Virus record (IMG/VR): IMGVR_UViG_3300021514_000002
Coordinates: 160,001 to 224,000 of that record
DNA length: 64,000 nt
Strand: one strand, 5' to 3'
From: a virus
Lineage: Duplodnaviria; Caudoviricetes
This document shows positions 17,675 to 28,193 of the stretch, in pieces (position 1 is the first letter of the stretch; each line of letters opens with the position of its first letter). The notes under the pieces are model-generated. The model made no database searches, was not told the DNA's origin, and saw nothing but the letters and a program-made list of their open reading frames with translations. The position numbers and the translations under genes were made by a program.

Positions 17675-17859
17675 AAAATGAAGAAGAAATCATGGAAGCA
17701 TTTAAAGAAGAATTCAGTCCTGAATATTTAGGATTTATGGATCTTAAAAGTACGCCCGATAATAATATAGTGGAATTGTTGTGGATGGCATTTGCGCGCG
17801 GGTATACTTGTAAAGACAAAGAAGCCGTAAATAGATCCAAAACAGAAGGTTTGGATTGA
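17671..17859 (+). CDS. Hypothetical protein
   Basis: ATGA coupling. Confidence 0.6.
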   Translation: MKNEEEIMEAFKEEFSPEYLGFMDLKSTPDNNIVELLWMAFARGYTCKDKEAVNRSKTEGLD

Positions 17860-17974
17860 CCCTGTAGTTTGTAAGGATTCTGTGCAATTATCTCTTGACT
17901 ATTACAAGAGTTTAAGGTTATAATTAATACTTGAAATATTAGGAATGTTTGAATGGTAAATTGGAGAAATAACA

Positions 17975-18322
17975 ATGCATAGTTCTAGATATGAGTTTGA
18001 CGATGGTATCAAGTATGTTGTTCATCATGACGGTGACTGCACGGGCGAAGCCATTTTTATTATCGTTGAAAACAATGAGCGTGTTATAGAAGAGCATCAG
18101 GACATTATCACTGTTCAGAACACAATACAAATGGCGAAAGTAATAGGTTCTGACAAAATTAAGATTAATGATTCTACTTTTATGGTTGAAGGTATTGAAT
18201 ATATTTTACAAGGATTAATAATCCAACGCATTAATCACTTAATTGAAAATGAATCCCATTCACCCTATTCATTTGACACGCTTGTCGAATTGGAAGAATA
18301 TCTTAAGGCTTTGGATTACTAA
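17975..18322 (+). CDS. Hypothetical protein
   Basis: SD GGAG. Confidence 0.65.
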   Translation: MHSSRYEFDDGIKYVVHHDGDCTGEAIFIIVENNERVIEEHQDIITVQNTIQMAKVIGSDKIKINDSTFMVEGIEYILQGLIIQRINHLIENESHSPYSFDTLVELEEYLKALDY

Positions 18323-18510
18323 TGAAACGCTATGAACCAGAAGAAATAACAGACGAAGATGGCACCTATGATCCTGATATGGTAGAATGTAGTGATGGTG
18401 CATATGTATTATATGAAGATGTGCTATCTGTCTTACGCAAAATTGCACAGGATGGTAGTCTTGATAAAGAAGCAATGAATATTATTCTTGATGTTTTGGC
18501 GAGTGATTGA
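18322..18510 (+). CDS. Hypothetical protein
   Basis: TAATG coupling. Confidence 0.65.
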   Translation: MKRYEPEEITDEDGTYDPDMVECSDGAYVLYEDVLSVLRKIAQDGSLDKEAMNIILDVLASD

Positions 18511-18657
18511 ATGAACTTGGAATCGTAATGGCAAAAGTGGAAAGAAAATTTGAAGGGTGGTCGGCTCTATGTCCTCATTGTTTTGTTCGTATGGGATATT
18601 ATAGATTACGGAAACATCGTCCAACCTGCCACATGATTTCAGATAAGGAAACAAAAG

Positions 18658-18864
18658 ATGGAAAATGATTTAATTTATTTTGTAGAAGTTTGTGACTATG
18701 AAGCCTGTTGGTATGTCAGCATTTGGGACAATGAAGAAGACGCTCGTGATCATTATAATGATTATAAATTAGATGATGGTAATTTTGAACAGGTAGTACG
18801 ATTAGGTAAACGTAAGATAAACACGCGCAAGTTTAATGGTGAGTTTTTAGATACGGAAGATTAA
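18658..18864 (+). CDS. Hypothetical protein
   Basis: SD AAGGA. Confidence 0.6.
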   Translation: MENDLIYFVEVCDYEACWYVSIWDNEEDARDHYNDYKLDDGNFEQVVRLGKRKINTRKFNGEFLDTED

Positions 18865-18890
18865 TATGCAAGAATTAGAGAAAAATTAAC

Positions 18891-19085
18891 ATGAAGAGAT
18901 TACATCCATTTGTAGGCGTTGGGATTGGGATTATTGTAATGGTATTATTGCTTACTTTGCTTGTTACACTTATTGGTCATCAAATTGACCAAGCAGGTGG
19001 TACCAAACAAATCTTAATTGATGTTGGTAAAGATGCTAAAGATATTATTAATGAAATTCAAAAACATGAAGATGAAAAGCAATGA
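18891..19085 (+). CDS. Small membrane protein
   Basis: N-terminal TM helix. Confidence 0.6.
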   Translation: MKRLHPFVGVGIGIIVMVLLLTLLVTLIGHQIDQAGGTKQILIDVGKDAKDIINEIQKHEDEKQ

Positions 19086-19238
19086 GTAACATCATTAAAG
19101 AAATCAATGTAGCATATTATGAAGCATTAGATGGTCGCATGGCTGCATCACGTAATAACGATACGGAACAGGCAGCAAAGTTTGAAAGTCTTCGGGTCCA
19201 AATTGGAAACATATTAGTCATGGTGGAAAGAATGGAGA

Positions 19239-19445
19239 ATGAGCGTGGTAGATGAATTAGAAAGTGGTAAATGTTCATGTTGTGGAAACGTAGCCATTGT
19301 GAATCGCAAGTATTATCACTATGATGTAAACTGTGATTGTTGTAATGGTGATGAACATTTTGAAATAGTGTATTATTGTGAAGATTGTAAACCAAGACCG
19401 CCGAGTCTTATACGAATTGTATTAGAAATGCAACCAAGAGATTAA
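19239..19445 (+). CDS. Small Cys-rich zinc-finger protein
   Basis: CSCC, CDCC, CEDC. Confidence 0.65.
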   Translation: MSVVDELESGKCSCCGNVAIVNRKYYHYDVNCDCCNGDEHFEIVYYCEDCKPRPPSLIRIVLEMQPRD

Positions 19446-19448
19446 AAA

Positions 19449-19703
19449 ATGAAAAATCCCGATAACGCAATAGAATCAAGTAGAATCAACCGCAACACGA
19501 TTGAAAATAATACCCAATGTGGTTGTTATTTTTGTACGACTGTATTTAAAGGTAGTGAAATAACTGAATGGGTAGATGATGGTCAAACAGCATTATGTCC
19601 GCATTGCGATATAGATGCGGTTATTCCTAATGAAACAGACGTTGATTATTTAAAAGCTTCCTTTGAACGATGGTTTACGGGAATTGGAACTATAGACGAA
19701 TAA
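19449..19703 (+). CDS. Small zinc-ribbon protein
   Basis: CGCYFC...TALCPHCDIDAVI. Confidence 0.7.
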   Translation: MKNPDNAIESSRINRNTIENNTQCGCYFCTTVFKGSEITEWVDDGQTALCPHCDIDAVIPNETDVDYLKASFERWFTGIGTIDE

Positions 19704-19920
19704 GTGAGAAACGAAGACTAACGGAGAATCAAAATGGGTATACCGATTAACAATGTTCCACTTATTCCTATTCCCGAAGGTGCAACGGAAGAAGAACGGT
19801 TAGAATTGTTTGAAGAATGGAAGCGTCAATTTGCACAGGCAAATCCTGGACATTTTAATTCTGACGGAAGCAGAATAACTATATGGCAACAAATTAAAAA
19901 TTTATGGAAATAAAAAAGAA

Positions 19921-20355
19921 GTGATGCAAGCGATATTTAATATAGACAATAATCAAATCAATGTTGAATTTGATCCTACAAAATTACCAACGAAAGTTGA
20001 ATATGTTTTGGTTGGGGGTGAATCAGATGAAGATTTCCATAGTCGACGAAATACATTTGTTCGATGGTTAGTGGGTTTGCCCAAGAAGCGTAACGAATCT
20101 ATTGGACGATTCCCTGTACCTCCTAAATATATTGACGTATCATTAAAAGTTAAAACAGAAGACTTGGAAATATTTCGGGAATGGATACATCGTGATTTTG
20201 GTAATCTTAAGTCAGAGTGTATAATCCATGCAGACGATAAAACCTATACTTTTTTAGGGGCATTTCCCTCAGAATTGATAGATGATGGTAATGTCAAATT
20301 ATCGTATGATTGTTATAGAAGAGAAGATCGTCAACCACAAACTATCGGTGAATAA
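19921..20355 (+). CDS. Hypothetical protein
   Basis: ORF in co-directional run. Confidence 0.6.
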   Translation: MMQAIFNIDNNQINVEFDPTKLPTKVEYVLVGGESDEDFHSRRNTFVRWLVGLPKKRNESIGRFPVPPKYIDVSLKVKTEDLEIFREWIHRDFGNLKSECIIHADDKTYTFLGAFPSELIDDGNVKLSYDCYRREDRQPQTIGE

Positions 20356-20356
20356 A

Positions 20357-20557
20357 ATGACTAATTGGAAAAAATGGAAGAAGAAAATCATTGAGTGGAT
20401 TATCTATGCACATTATGGGCAGAAGCATCCATTTTGCAAACATCCAAAAGTTGACATTAAAACAGTGTATCCTGTTACCTTACAATCTAAGACAGGTGTA
20501 TGTAAGATATGTAAAAAAGAAGTTATTGCCAGAACGGTTTGGGAAGTAAAGCAATGA
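20357..20557 (+). CDS. Small zinc-binding hypothetical protein
   Basis: Start re-set to ATG 20357; CKH...CKIC. Confidence 0.55.
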   Translation: MTNWKKWKKKIIEWIIYAHYGQKHPFCKHPKVDIKTVYPVTLQSKTGVCKICKKEVIARTVWEVKQ

Positions 20558-20597
20558 TTACAACTATTTTCTTGTCTAAGCGTAATAGAGGATTAAT

Positions 20598-20888
20598 ATG
20601 ATTAAAATACTTAAAAGAATTGTAGAAAAATATATAAAGTTTAAGCCTTGTCGTTGTCCATTCATAAATGCCGATGATCAACTATCGGGTAAACTATTTA
20701 AACATTATAAGAATGAAAAATTGTATCGGTATATGTTCCCAGCAGCTCCCGAGGCAGAACGTACTAAATTAGTCGTTGTCTATCAGGACATTGAATCGGA
20801 ACAGTATTATACTCGTCCATGGAATGATTTCTTTTCTTCGGTTAAACAAAATGGACAAAGCGTTCCACGATTCGAGGCACAAGAATAA
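20598..20888 (+). CDS. DUF1653 family protein
   Basis: FKHYK...Y...VVYQ...Y.RP..DF. Confidence 0.75.
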   Translation: MIKILKRIVEKYIKFKPCRCPFINADDQLSGKLFKHYKNEKLYRYMFPAAPEAERTKLVVVYQDIESEQYYTRPWNDFFSSVKQNGQSVPRFEAQE

Positions 20889-21166
20889 TGACATCTTTAG
20901 AAGAAATTAAAAAAGAATATGAACCATTTATCGGAACAGTCGTTTTAGATTGTTGTTTGAAACCAGTTTTATTGCATGGTATTGTAGAAGATGAACGTGA
21001 TGTGTATTATGATTATGAAACAATAGACAACACTCGGGTTCTTTATACGTGCGTCGGTTGGTGTATAGGTTTAAAAGGTTTAATTTCAGACAAGGCATAT
21101 AAGTATGTTGAATATCAATATAATGTTAGTAAAGAACGCCACGAGTTAAAAAAGGAACAAGAATGA
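20888..21166 (+). CDS. Hypothetical protein
   Basis: TAATG coupling. Confidence 0.65.
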   Translation: MTSLEEIKKEYEPFIGTVVLDCCLKPVLLHGIVEDERDVYYDYETIDNTRVLYTCVGWCIGLKGLISDKAYKYVEYQYNVSKERHELKKEQE

Positions 21167-21320
21167 AAGTACGTATTATAGATGATGTGTTACAAGTAAT
21201 ACCAGAGACAGACGACGAAGTGAAAGAATTGAAATTCTGGAAAATGTGTAATACCCGCGTTATTGGTAAGGCTAATGCTTATTGTGCTAAAGCCATTAAT
21301 ATTATTGAGGAAGTACAACA

Positions 21321-21701
21321 ATGAACGAACTTCATAATAATGGAAAACAATCTGAAAGTATGGCTAGTATGGAAATAAGTCCTATAAACGATGATAAATT
21401 CTTTGCTCGTTTAGTTGCGGCTGAGGTTGCGGCGAATTTACAAATTAATTTTGGCGACAGAGATATTGTTGTTAAATTATTAACATCCGCATTAGAAAAA
21501 CAGTTATGTCAACATGGCGGACTGTTAGAACAGTATTTACATACCCAATTAGATATTCTTGTGAAAACGATTAAATTTAAATTTGATATTGCAGATGATG
21601 TAGGTGTTAACTATGGGTATGCCACACATGCTAAATTTAATGACATATTGGATATCATTAAAGAAAAATATGATCCTGAACAAGAATTTGGCACGATTTA
21701 A
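21321..21701 (+). CDS. Hypothetical protein
   Basis: SD GAGG. Confidence 0.65.
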   Translation: MNELHNNGKQSESMASMEISPINDDKFFARLVAAEVAANLQINFGDRDIVVKLLTSALEKQLCQHGGLLEQYLHTQLDILVKTIKFKFDIADDVGVNYGYATHAKFNDILDIIKEKYDPEQEFGTI

Positions 21702-22068
21702 AACTGTAAAAACTGTAGGATAGTAAAATGAAAACAAAAGAAACGATAGCACCCTTTACAACTGACGGATGTTCTGGTGGAATGTCATGGTTGTATAATA
21801 ATCTTTTTCATAAAGAATTACCATGGCGTGATGTTTGTGTAAAACATGACAAAGCGTATTGGCAAGGTGGAACTAAAAAAGAACGACGAGATGCAGATAT
21901 TAAATTACTGTGTGGTGTTGCGAAATCAGGATATCCTATTATTGGATCACTAATGTATGTAGCAGTTCGTTTTGGTGGACATTGGATATTCCCTACGCCA
22001 TATAGATGGGGTTATGGTTGGAAGTATCCAAAAATGTATACAAACAATTTAAAACTGTAAAAACTGTA
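21696..22068 (+). repeat. 22-bp direct repeats ATTTAAAACTGTAAAAACTGTA flanking one gene
   Basis: Identical copies at 21696-21717 and 22047-22068. Confidence 0.85.
21728..22060 (+). CDS. Prokaryotic phospholipase A2-like protein
   Basis: DGCSGG...CVKHD.AY...AD..L...MY.AVR.GG. Confidence 0.6.
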   Translation: MKTKETIAPFTTDGCSGGMSWLYNNLFHKELPWRDVCVKHDKAYWQGGTKKERRDADIKLLCGVAKSGYPIIGSLMYVAVRFGGHWIFPTPYRWGYGWKYPKMYTNNLKL

Positions 22069-22164
22069 ATGGTCACCTTTTGAATAATTAGGTTACAAAA
22101 TTAAAAACGCAAACCGAACCTCCTGAAGTGTGAAAAAGGGTTCTTAAATGATGAGGAAAGTAAG

Positions 22165-22770
22165 ATGAGTAATAAAGACGATTTTGGAATGTCACCAGCG
22201 GCGCTTGCTGCTTTGTTAACTGGCGATTATAAAAATGCAATGGTAGCGACAATTCCGGGTGGTATTGAAGCACAAGAGGCACAAGGTCAGAAAGACTTTG
22301 TTGCTTCCGAAACATTGCCTATTAATTGTCCACGCGAACGACTAGAAAGCCTTGGATTTGTTTTTGGCGAAGCCGTTGATGAGCTCTTTAACGATGTACA
22401 ATTTCCAGAAGGTTGGACGAAAACGCCGACTGAACATTCCATGTGGTCTGACTTGTTAGACGAACAAGGTCGCAAACGCGGCAGTATTTTCTACAAGGCG
22501 GCGTTTTATGATCGTAGTGCACATATGAGCCTTAATCATAAAATGTCATACAGTCCAGTATATGAACACCACGATGGTTATGTAGAAAATGGCATACAGT
22601 ATTTCGTATCAGACGGCAAAGATATTTTATATGAAACAGAACTTGTAATGGTGGAAAAGAAATACGAAGGCGATTACTGGAAGCTGGACGATGCAGCATC
22701 AGCTAATGTCGTACAATGGCTTGAAGACAACTACCCCGATTATAAAAATCCTTTAGCATACTGGGATTAA
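22165..22770 (+). CDS. Conserved phage hypothetical protein
   Basis: GGIEAQEAQGQ...LP.GW...T.HSMWSDLLD..GRKR.SIFYKAAFYDR. Confidence 0.75.
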   Translation: MSNKDDFGMSPAALAALLTGDYKNAMVATIPGGIEAQEAQGQKDFVASETLPINCPRERLESLGFVFGEAVDELFNDVQFPEGWTKTPTEHSMWSDLLDEQGRKRGSIFYKAAFYDRSAHMSLNHKMSYSPVYEHHDGYVENGIQYFVSDGKDILYETELVMVEKKYEGDYWKLDDAASANVVQWLEDNYPDYKNPLAYWD

Positions 22771-22773
22771 AAT

Positions 22774-23010
22774 ATGAGATGGAATGTATTTTATGGTATA
22801 GCAGGGATGTATATTTTTATTAGCGCTCTGGAAAATTTAATATTGCAATTCGCGGATGGTATACTTGGGCGGGAACAAACGCTAGATATTTTAAATACAC
22901 ATTTAAATGAAATGTCCCAACAGGTATGGATCTTACCATGGGCATTGTTTTTCATTAGTCTTGGTATAATAATATGGGCATTGTTTTTTAGTAATAAAGA
23001 AAATGAATAA
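22774..23010 (+). CDS. Membrane protein (2 TM)
   Basis: Hydrophobic segments. Confidence 0.6.
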   Translation: MRWNVFYGIAGMYIFISALENLILQFADGILGREQTLDILNTHLNEMSQQVWILPWALFFISLGIIIWALFFSNKENE

Positions 23011-23197
23011 TGCAACCGACATTATAAAGGATTGGAATCGTGAACATTCTGGAAGAGATAGTTCTGTATTTGTTGATAGGTTAGTTATTGGCGGTTTGAC
23101 TAATGACCAAATCGTAACAGTTCTTCAGGTTCTTGAAAGCGTATGCCATGAATGTTGGGACGATGATCTTGATTGTCACTGTTGGAATGACGAATGA
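23003..23197 (+). CDS. Hypothetical protein
   Basis: Overlapping start; C-terminal CxxC. Confidence 0.6.
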   Translation: MNNATDIIKDWNREHSGRDSSVFVDRLVIGGLTNDQIVTVLQVLESVCHECWDDDLDCHCWNDE

Positions 23198-23511
23198 AAG
23201 AAATAACAGCATATAAATGTGAATATTGTAATATGGTCAGTATGTATAAAGGCCATACCAAACGACATGAACGCGATCATTGTAGGAAAAGTCCTGAGCG
23301 CAGATGTTGTGGTCTATGTGTATATCTTGATAATGATCAGCAAACCATTTACAATCCGATTCATGGTGGAAACCCAGGTTCAACAGACTATGAAATAGAT
23401 AGTTGGTGGTGTAAAGAGTTAGATATGGATCTTAATGATCGTGAACTGAATGCGAATAATGAATGCGAATGTTTCATTTCCAAAATAGTAGTAAATACAA
23501 ATAAAACATAA
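23194..23511 (+). CDS. Zinc-finger protein
   Basis: YKCEYC...HERDHC; CCGLC. Confidence 0.65.
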   Translation: MKEITAYKCEYCNMVSMYKGHTKRHERDHCRKSPERRCCGLCVYLDNDQQTIYNPIHGGNPGSTDYEIDSWWCKELDMDLNDRELNANNECECFISKIVVNTNKT

Positions 23512-23528
23512 TTTGTAGGAGAAGTATC

Positions 23529-23723
23529 ATGTTAGAGCAAGCTAAATTTTTTATTGAAAAAGTAAATGAAGAAAATAGAAAATGTTGGGGATTTGCGAAA
23601 TATTGTACAAATGTATTAACGTTTCCCATTGTTTTAACAGGTACTCTGCTTGTAATAATAAGTACAGGATTTAAACATGTTGAAGATAGTATTGACATAT
23701 TAATAAGATTTATATTTAGATAA
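23529..23723 (+). CDS. Small membrane protein
   Basis: SD GGAG; hydrophobic segment. Confidence 0.55.
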   Translation: MLEQAKFFIEKVNEENRKCWGFAKYCTNVLTFPIVLTGTLLVIISTGFKHVEDSIDILIRFIFR

Positions 23724-23743
23724 CCAGATAGGAATAAAATAAA

Positions 23744-23959
23744 ATGGTGTATGAAACAGACGAATACAGTAACTTACAAAAAGTTGAAGAAAAAGTTAGT
23801 TGTGCTGCACCTGCTACAGTAAGCATCAATCTCGACGATGTTAAACGCATGGCTGGTTTTATAAATGATGCACTACAACCCAAAGTTACATATACAGAAG
23901 ATATGAGCGGGATGCGGGAAGCGGGAAGAAGCAGAACGTGTTTCAAGGCAAAGTATTAA
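23744..23959 (+). CDS. Hypothetical protein
   Basis: SD AGGA. Confidence 0.55.
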   Translation: MVYETDEYSNLQKVEEKVSCAAPATVSINLDDVKRMAGFINDALQPKVTYTEDMSGMREAGRSRTCFKAKY

Positions 23960-24005
23960 AATGGTACGCGATATTTTAGCGCGATATGTATCACCAAAGT
24001 ATTAA

Positions 24006-24725
24006 TTACCAGATAATGGTTGATGTTGTTCCCGCCGCTAATCGTTCCACTGCTACATTATAATATTCATCATCTTTTTCAATACAAATATATTGGCGAT
24101 TGAGGTCACGAGCTGCTGCTGCGGTTGTTCCTGAACCACCAAAACCATCAAATACTACGTCGCCTTGTTTAGAATGTTTTTCAATACATTGTTTAATTAA
24201 GTCAAGTGGTTTTTGGTTCTGGTGTAATTGGCTTGCGCCAACAACCTTATCAAATTCCCAAACGTCCTGTATGCGCTTGCCTTGTATCGGTGCATTGCCT
24301 TTATTAACTAATATGATAAATTCATGTTTTTTACCAAACGCGTGCACAAGGTCACCCGCAGTATGATTATTCTTAATCCAAACAATAATGTTGCGAACTG
24401 TAAATAAATTTTCCAATTCATTTATAAAGAATGCTACTTTGTTGGAATTACAAAACATATACATTGCAGTATCTGGTTTCATGATACGATAACATTCTTC
24501 AATATATTTAGATATTAGATCAGGATCATCATCACCATCTATTGTTGTGGAAAATTTATGTTTTACATCTTCCCTGTTAACGCTATATTTGTCAGCCTTA
24601 TTATTTCTACGGCCTGTTTTGTAATCCATGAGATATGGGGGGTCGGTTACAACAAGATCAATAGATTCGTCTTCCATCGTTGCCATGTGTTCAAGACAAT
24701 CCGCGTGTATTAATTCTTCTGTCAT
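24006..24725 (-). CDS. Beta-class N4-C/N6-A DNA methyltransferase
   Basis: LVVTDPPY; HQNQKP; VFDGFGGSGTT; YICIEKD. Confidence 0.9.
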   Translation of the reverse strand: MTEELIHADCLEHMATMEDESIDLVVTDPPYLMDYKTGRRNNKADKYSVNREDVKHKFSTTIDGDDDPDLISKYIEECYRIMKPDTAMYMFCNSNKVAFFINELENLFTVRNIIVWIKNNHTAGDLVHAFGKKHEFIILVNKGNAPIQGKRIQDVWEFDKVVGASQLHQNQKPLDLIKQCIEKHSKQGDVVFDGFGGSGTTAAAARDLNRQYICIEKDDEYYNVAVERLAAGTTSTIIW

Positions 24726-24822
24726 TCTTTTTCCAATATTCTTTTTGTTATATGTGCATTATATATGATTTCTTACGAGTCGTCAAGTTGACTTTGTGGT
24801 AATGCCGTGTTAAGATTAACAC

Positions 24823-25467
24823 ATGGATACTACTAACAATTATGAAGTTCAAAGAAAATGGTCAGATAATCTAATACCACAAGTTGCTCCGTTGATTCTT
24901 AGTGCATTAAATTGCGATCCTGTAATTTGGCGAATAGAAATCACCACCCCCGAAGTAGATATGAAAGAGGCAGCCGATTTAATATTAACCAATGGAAATG
25001 AATCTTTTTATATTGCACTAAGATTGCGCAATGAGCATTACATGATTAATTTTCCATTCGATTTTACAATTCGACGGGAATATACGCAAGGCTACAAAAC
25101 TGAATATGAAAAAGTTTTAGTTGATGGCTTCGCCGATTTAATGTTTTATGGATTTAGAGTTAATAACATTGTGGTGCGTTGGGTGTTATTGCATATGGAT
25201 AGTTACCGTGATGAACACTTCTTTGATAAAGAAACACAAACATGGTTACCAAAGAACTATATTAATCACGAAATTCGTGAAAACCACGATGGTAGAAATA
25301 ATTTTATAGGTTACGATATTTGTTCTTTCAGAAAACCAAGTCTTATAATAAGCCATAGCCCTGGTTATTATGATGATGTGATAACAAAATGGCTTCCAAA
25401 ATCTAATGGTACTAAAATACCAATGTATACTTTAAAACCTAAAGAGGAAAGAAAAGATGGGAATTGA
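24823..25467 (+). CDS. Conserved phage protein, possible PD-(D/E)XK fold
   Basis: D...AD.....IALR.R...DFTIR...TEY.K...GFAD.MFYG; promoter TTGACT-N17-TAAGAT at 24789. Confidence 0.55.
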   Translation: MDTTNNYEVQRKWSDNLIPQVAPLILSALNCDPVIWRIEITTPEVDMKEAADLILTNGNESFYIALRLRNEHYMINFPFDFTIRREYTQGYKTEYEKVLVDGFADLMFYGFRVNNIVVRWVLLHMDSYRDEHFFDKETQTWLPKNYINHEIRENHDGRNNFIGYDICSFRKPSLIISHSPGYYDDVITKWLPKSNGTKIPMYTLKPKEERKDGN

Positions 25468-25798
25468 TTTTTCACACGGGGATGCACACTGGTCGTATAG
25501 TGGATTCAATAACTTTAGAAATAGTTTGGTTAAGACATTAGGTTATACAACATCCTTACACATTATGTACGAAGATGGTACATATGTACGAATGCAAAAA
25601 GAACCAATATATCCATTGATTAACCATTCGGATTGCGATGGTGTATTAACAGTTAAAGAAATGCAACAAGTTCTTCCACAATTAAAAGATATTGTTAATT
25701 GTTGGCCTGAAGGCGACTACGATAAAGTACGGGGGTTGAGTTTCATAGACGGCATAGAAGAAGCTATCAATGAAAATGAATCTCTGGAGTTTATATAA
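25457..25798 (+). CDS. Conserved phage hypothetical protein
   Basis: WSYSGF..FR...HSDCDG. Confidence 0.7.
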   Translation: MGIDFSHGDAHWSYSGFNNFRNSLVKTLGYTTSLHIMYEDGTYVRMQKEPIYPLINHSDCDGVLTVKEMQQVLPQLKDIVNCWPEGDYDKVRGLSFIDGIEEAINENESLEFI

Positions 25799-25992
25799 TG
25801 AGTCTAGAATCTAATAGATTAGATTTTGAAAAGGTTTTGAAAGATGCAAAAGAAACAATTGAAGAGGTATGGCAATTAGAAAACTCAATAGATATTCTAA
25901 TCAGTCGCGTTGAAACATTGGAAAATAAAAATATCGCATTAGAAGAAAAAAATACATTTTGGGAAGAAACAGCGACAACATATGAAGATTGA
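25798..25992 (+). CDS. Coiled-coil hypothetical protein
   Basis: TAATG coupling. Confidence 0.6.
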   Translation: MSLESNRLDFEKVLKDAKETIEEVWQLENSIDILISRVETLENKNIALEEKNTFWEETATTYED

Positions 25993-26518
25993 ACGCATTT
26001 GGGCAATGCCCAACAAAAATACTTTTGTGATTCCGCCCATTAATTCATTAATTCGCCGACACGTCCATGGAAAGTCAATCGATCCGTTTGCAAATGTCAA
26101 TAAACTGGCAATGATTACAAACGATATTGACCCAATATACCCAACCGATTACCATTTAGATGCTTTAGACTTTTTAAAGACATTTGATGATGAAAATGTT
26201 GACTGTGTTTTATATGATCCACCATATTCGCCTCGTCAAGTCAGTGAAGTTTACACAAAATTGGGTATGACAGTCAATATGGAGACAACACAGGCTTCTT
26301 TTTGGTCAAAACTGAAGAAAGAGATCAGCAGACTCACTAAAATGGATGGTATTGTTGTGGGTTGCGGCTGGAACAGTGGTGGAATAGGCAAAAAATACGG
26401 TTTTGAACTACTAGAAGTACTTTTAGTGCCTCACGGCGGTCATCATAACGATACTATCATTACCGTTGAAAAAAAGGTACAAAAATTGTATAAAAGTGAC
26501 GATACTTTAATAGAATAA
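25982..26518 (+). CDS. Small phage adenine-type DNA methyltransferase
   Basis: WAMPNKNTF.I, IDPFA, LDALDFL, LYDPPYS, GWNSGG.G, HGG.HNDTI. Confidence 0.8.
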   Translation: MKIERIWAMPNKNTFVIPPINSLIRRHVHGKSIDPFANVNKLAMITNDIDPIYPTDYHLDALDFLKTFDDENVDCVLYDPPYSPRQVSEVYTKLGMTVNMETTQASFWSKLKKEISRLTKMDGIVVGCGWNSGGIGKKYGFELLEVLLVPHGGHHNDTIITVEKKVQKLYKSDDTLIE

Positions 26519-26817
26519 GGGTGTCTATCCACTAATATCACCCATAATAACCTACTTTCTGTTAAATTGTTGTAAGAATACCCATTTCTTGGCAATTTTG
26601 TATGAATCTTGCTTGTATGTCCGCATTTGGTACTATTTTTTCTACTATTTTAGTTTGAACTTCGCCATCCGATGTAATAATATCATTAAATGTGAGATCG
26701 AAGTCATTAATTAGTTTATATTGCGTTCCCATTACGTTACCTTTTGTATTTTAGATAAGATGAATATATTGTAACCTAATATGAACGCAGAGTCAAGGTT
26801 TAAGGTTACAAAAAATA

Positions 26818-27324
26818 TTAACCGACAGTTTTGCGCTCAATTGCCAATTTTTTATTCATAATAGGTTCAATTTTTGATTGTAGTTGTTTAGTAAACGCTT
26901 CAATTGTACGTACATCTTCTACGGCTTTTAAAGCATTAGTGACAAATGTTCTTACGGATGGATCATTGCCAACCATTAAAAGACGTTGAAGTCCTGCATT
27001 GCTTTTAATATTGTCCTGATCGCCTGCATTGAAAAGAATAGTACCAAGGTCACCCTTTTCATCAAGCGCATCAGCTAAATCAGGATTAGAAATTGCTGAC
27101 AATGCACCGAGTATTTTAACAACAGAGTCTTTTTTGGCAGGGTCTAGTTTTCCAGACGTAATCGTATTCCTAACTTTAACAAGCCATGTAGTAATAGCCT
27201 CGTTAAGTTGTTCTGTTGACATTGACAAATATTCCGTCAAACGGCCAATGTTACCATTAATAATTTCATTTTCTGTTAAAACAGTTTTAGTCTGTTCATT
27301 GATTTGGCATAATAAAGAATCCAT
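26818..27324 (-). CDS. Late hypothetical protein
   Basis: TATAAATA at 27346-27353 (minus) upstream. Confidence 0.7.
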   Translation of the reverse strand: MDSLLCQINEQTKTVLTENEIINGNIGRLTEYLSMSTEQLNEAITTWLVKVRNTITSGKLDPAKKDSVVKILGALSAISNPDLADALDEKGDLGTILFNAGDQDNIKSNAGLQRLLMVGNDPSVRTFVTNALKAVEDVRTIEAFTKQLQSKIEPIMNKKLAIERKTVG

Positions 27325-27348
27325 TAAAATCTCCTAAGTATGGAGTAT

Positions 27349-27543
27349 TTATACGTTTGTTATTGAACTTGCCACAATTCCCGCAGACAGGTTGCCATCA
27401 ATCCATGCGTAGTAGAGACTGTTTTCTGTATCAAAAGTATGTGGGTTCGTTTTATCTTTATCAAAATACGCGCGCCAGCCTGCATTATACGCAATTTCTT
27501 CTGGCGTTGGCATTGTTGGGGGCAATTCTTGAATATCGTCCAT
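27349..27543 (-). CDS. Small protein (AYNAGWRAY...NP...AW..G; Rmf-like motif)
   Basis: Motif only. Confidence 0.55.
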   Translation of the reverse strand: MDDIQELPPTMPTPEEIAYNAGWRAYFDKDKTNPHTFDTENSLYYAWIDGNLSAGIVASSITNV

Positions 27544-27611
27544 TGTTAATCTCCACGTGAATATGTCCTAAATTATATATTAATTAGGTTACATTGTCAA
27601 GGGTTAATCGT

Positions 27612-27845
27612 TTATGGAAGATCCTTCTTTCGTCCATGGGCATTAATCTCAGCAGTACGATGACTTATAAAATTATGAAACTCCATGTCTGCCTCTTCCT
27701 TTTTAGAAGAATATTTCCAGTGCGATAAGTTGGGATTTTTCGCCGTAAAGTAAATCCAAATATTTTTAACATTGCGCCTAACATCCTTTGAAAATACACG
27801 AATGATTAATTGCATGATTATTGCCCCAAAAAAAGAAGAAAACAT
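27612..27845 (-). CDS. Hypothetical protein
   Basis: ORF; start uncertain. Confidence 0.5.
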   Translation of the reverse strand: MFSSFFGAIIMQLIIRVFSKDVRRNVKNIWIYFTAKNPNLSHWKYSSKKEEADMEFHNFISHRTAEINAHGRKKDLP

Positions 27846-27963
27846 CCATCCGCGAACTGTGAAAAAATAATGGCCACCATAATTGCAATCAGTAAACTTA
27901 TAATTATTTTTGCAAGTAAATCTGAAATAGCAACTACTACTTGAACTGGCAACATGTTAATGT

Positions 27964-28185
27964 TCATTTTTCTATCCTATTAAAATATTTAGTTTCTTGG
28001 GGATCATCCATCCAATAATCTTGCACTATAGGATAAGATTTAATCGTGTTATATTTCTGCTGAATACGCATTGCATGTTTTCGCAATTTTCGTAATCGCA
28101 AGACATTAAGAATATGTAGAATAGTAAATAGGGTTAATACTAACCCTAGAAAAATTACTGCAATTATTAATATTGTAATATTCAT
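27964..28185 (-). CDS. Small membrane protein
   Basis: N-terminal TM helix. Confidence 0.6.
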   Translation of the reverse strand: MNITILIIAVIFLGLVLTLFTILHILNVLRLRKLRKHAMRIQQKYNTIKSYPIVQDYWMDDPQETKYFNRIEK

Positions 28186-28193
28186 AATATTAC

